Shown piece after piece: positions 63,573 to 64,000 of a stretch of DNA of 64,000 bases (position 1 is its first letter; each line of letters opens with the position of its first letter). The translations under genes were made by a program, and so were the position numbers. This stretch comes from Vulcanimicrobiota bacterium. Its GTDB lineage: Bacteria > Vulcanimicrobiota > Vulcanimicrobiia > Vulcanimicrobiales > Vulcanimicrobiaceae. The stretch lies in assembly GCA_963786105.1 (NCBI GenBank), contig CAWAXX010000014.1:64001-128000 (forward strand), written 5' to 3'. The notes below the pieces were generated by a model. That model searched no databases. It worked only from the letters and a program-made list of their open reading frames with translations, and had not been told where the DNA came from.

Positions 63573-64000
63573 ACCGCTTGCGACGCTTCGCGGCGTTGGC
63601 CGGCGCGAGCGTTTTGCTCGGTGCCGTCGCGCCGCTTGCATCGCCGCTCGACTCGCAATACGTTCTGCAGCGATACGCGCTCGCCATCGACGCCGTGCCG
63701 ATTCCTAAGAACGTCGTCTTTACGTACACCGTCTCGCAGGTAGGGCCGAGCAATATCGAGCAGCGGCATACGATTTTTCGAAGCGGGCCGGAAGTTCGCG
63801 ACGAAACGCTGGCGGTCGACGGGATAGCGCTCGCGCGAAAAATCGTGCGCTTCTCGCGTCGCGACGACCGCTACCTGGTTGCCCGTTTAGCGCCGCGATC
63901 GGGTGAGTACCAGATACTGTTCTTGCGCTCCGCCAAAGAAGGTCAGCGTTTCGACTATATCTACGAGGTAACGCCGCTGGTGCGGCAACCTGGCGCGTCG
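63569..64000 (+). CDS. Hypothetical exported protein (partial, runs off the window)
   Basis: The GTG overlaps the alaS TGA. MNRLRRFAALAGASVLLGAVAP is signal-peptide-like. The frame is open to the window end. Confidence 0.7.
   Translation, partial: MNRLRRFAALAGASVLLGAVAPLASPLDSQYVLQRYALAIDAVPIPKNVVFTYTVSQVGPSNIEQRHTIFRSGPEVRDETLAVDGIALARKIVRFSRRDDRYLVARLAPRSGEYQILFLRSAKEGQRFDYIYEVTPLVRQPGAS

Overview
GC-rich bacterial chromosomal window. Gene content and order suggest a diderm Terrabacteria lineage such as Ca. Eremiobacterota/Vulcanimicrobiota (inference only). It has three parts. (1) About 0.1-29.7 kb is a cell-surface polysaccharide island: phosphoesterase, two paralogous exported proteins, Amj-type flippase, Wzy-like polymerase, three GT4s, glucuronyl C5-epimerase-like protein, UDP-sugar dehydrogenase, priming transferase, Wzc, GT2, amino-sugar modification cassette, two GT-C enzymes and Wza, plus three LuxR-HTH regulators. 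Inside it, missed by the ORF track, is a 45-aa ORF (26922-27059): hydrophobic N-terminus, then tandem DTPGGP(L/I) repeats, then a strong hairpin, directly upstream of a TPR-like/LuxR-HTH regulator. This is a candidate peptide-signalling module that may control the island. A recurrent GGGAC-N4-GNCCC-like (DevR/NarL-type) motif marks the island's promoters. (2) About 29.7-39.8 kb holds udg, an MFS transporter, trmL, an epimerase-DUF1611-OppA-C39 operon, a likely 6S RNA, and a SIS gene bracketed by an 18-bp direct repeat that includes the 6S 3' end. (3) About 39.8-64 kb is housekeeping: rpiB, glyA, dCMP deaminase, GT4/MraY-like transferase, wecB, the atp operon, murA, mreB, Sua5, lptA, rarA, iscS, a SigB-type partner-switching module and alaS. 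Eleven frameshifts, all equivalent to +1 insertions and several in essential genes, point to sequencing or assembly error rather than pseudogenes.
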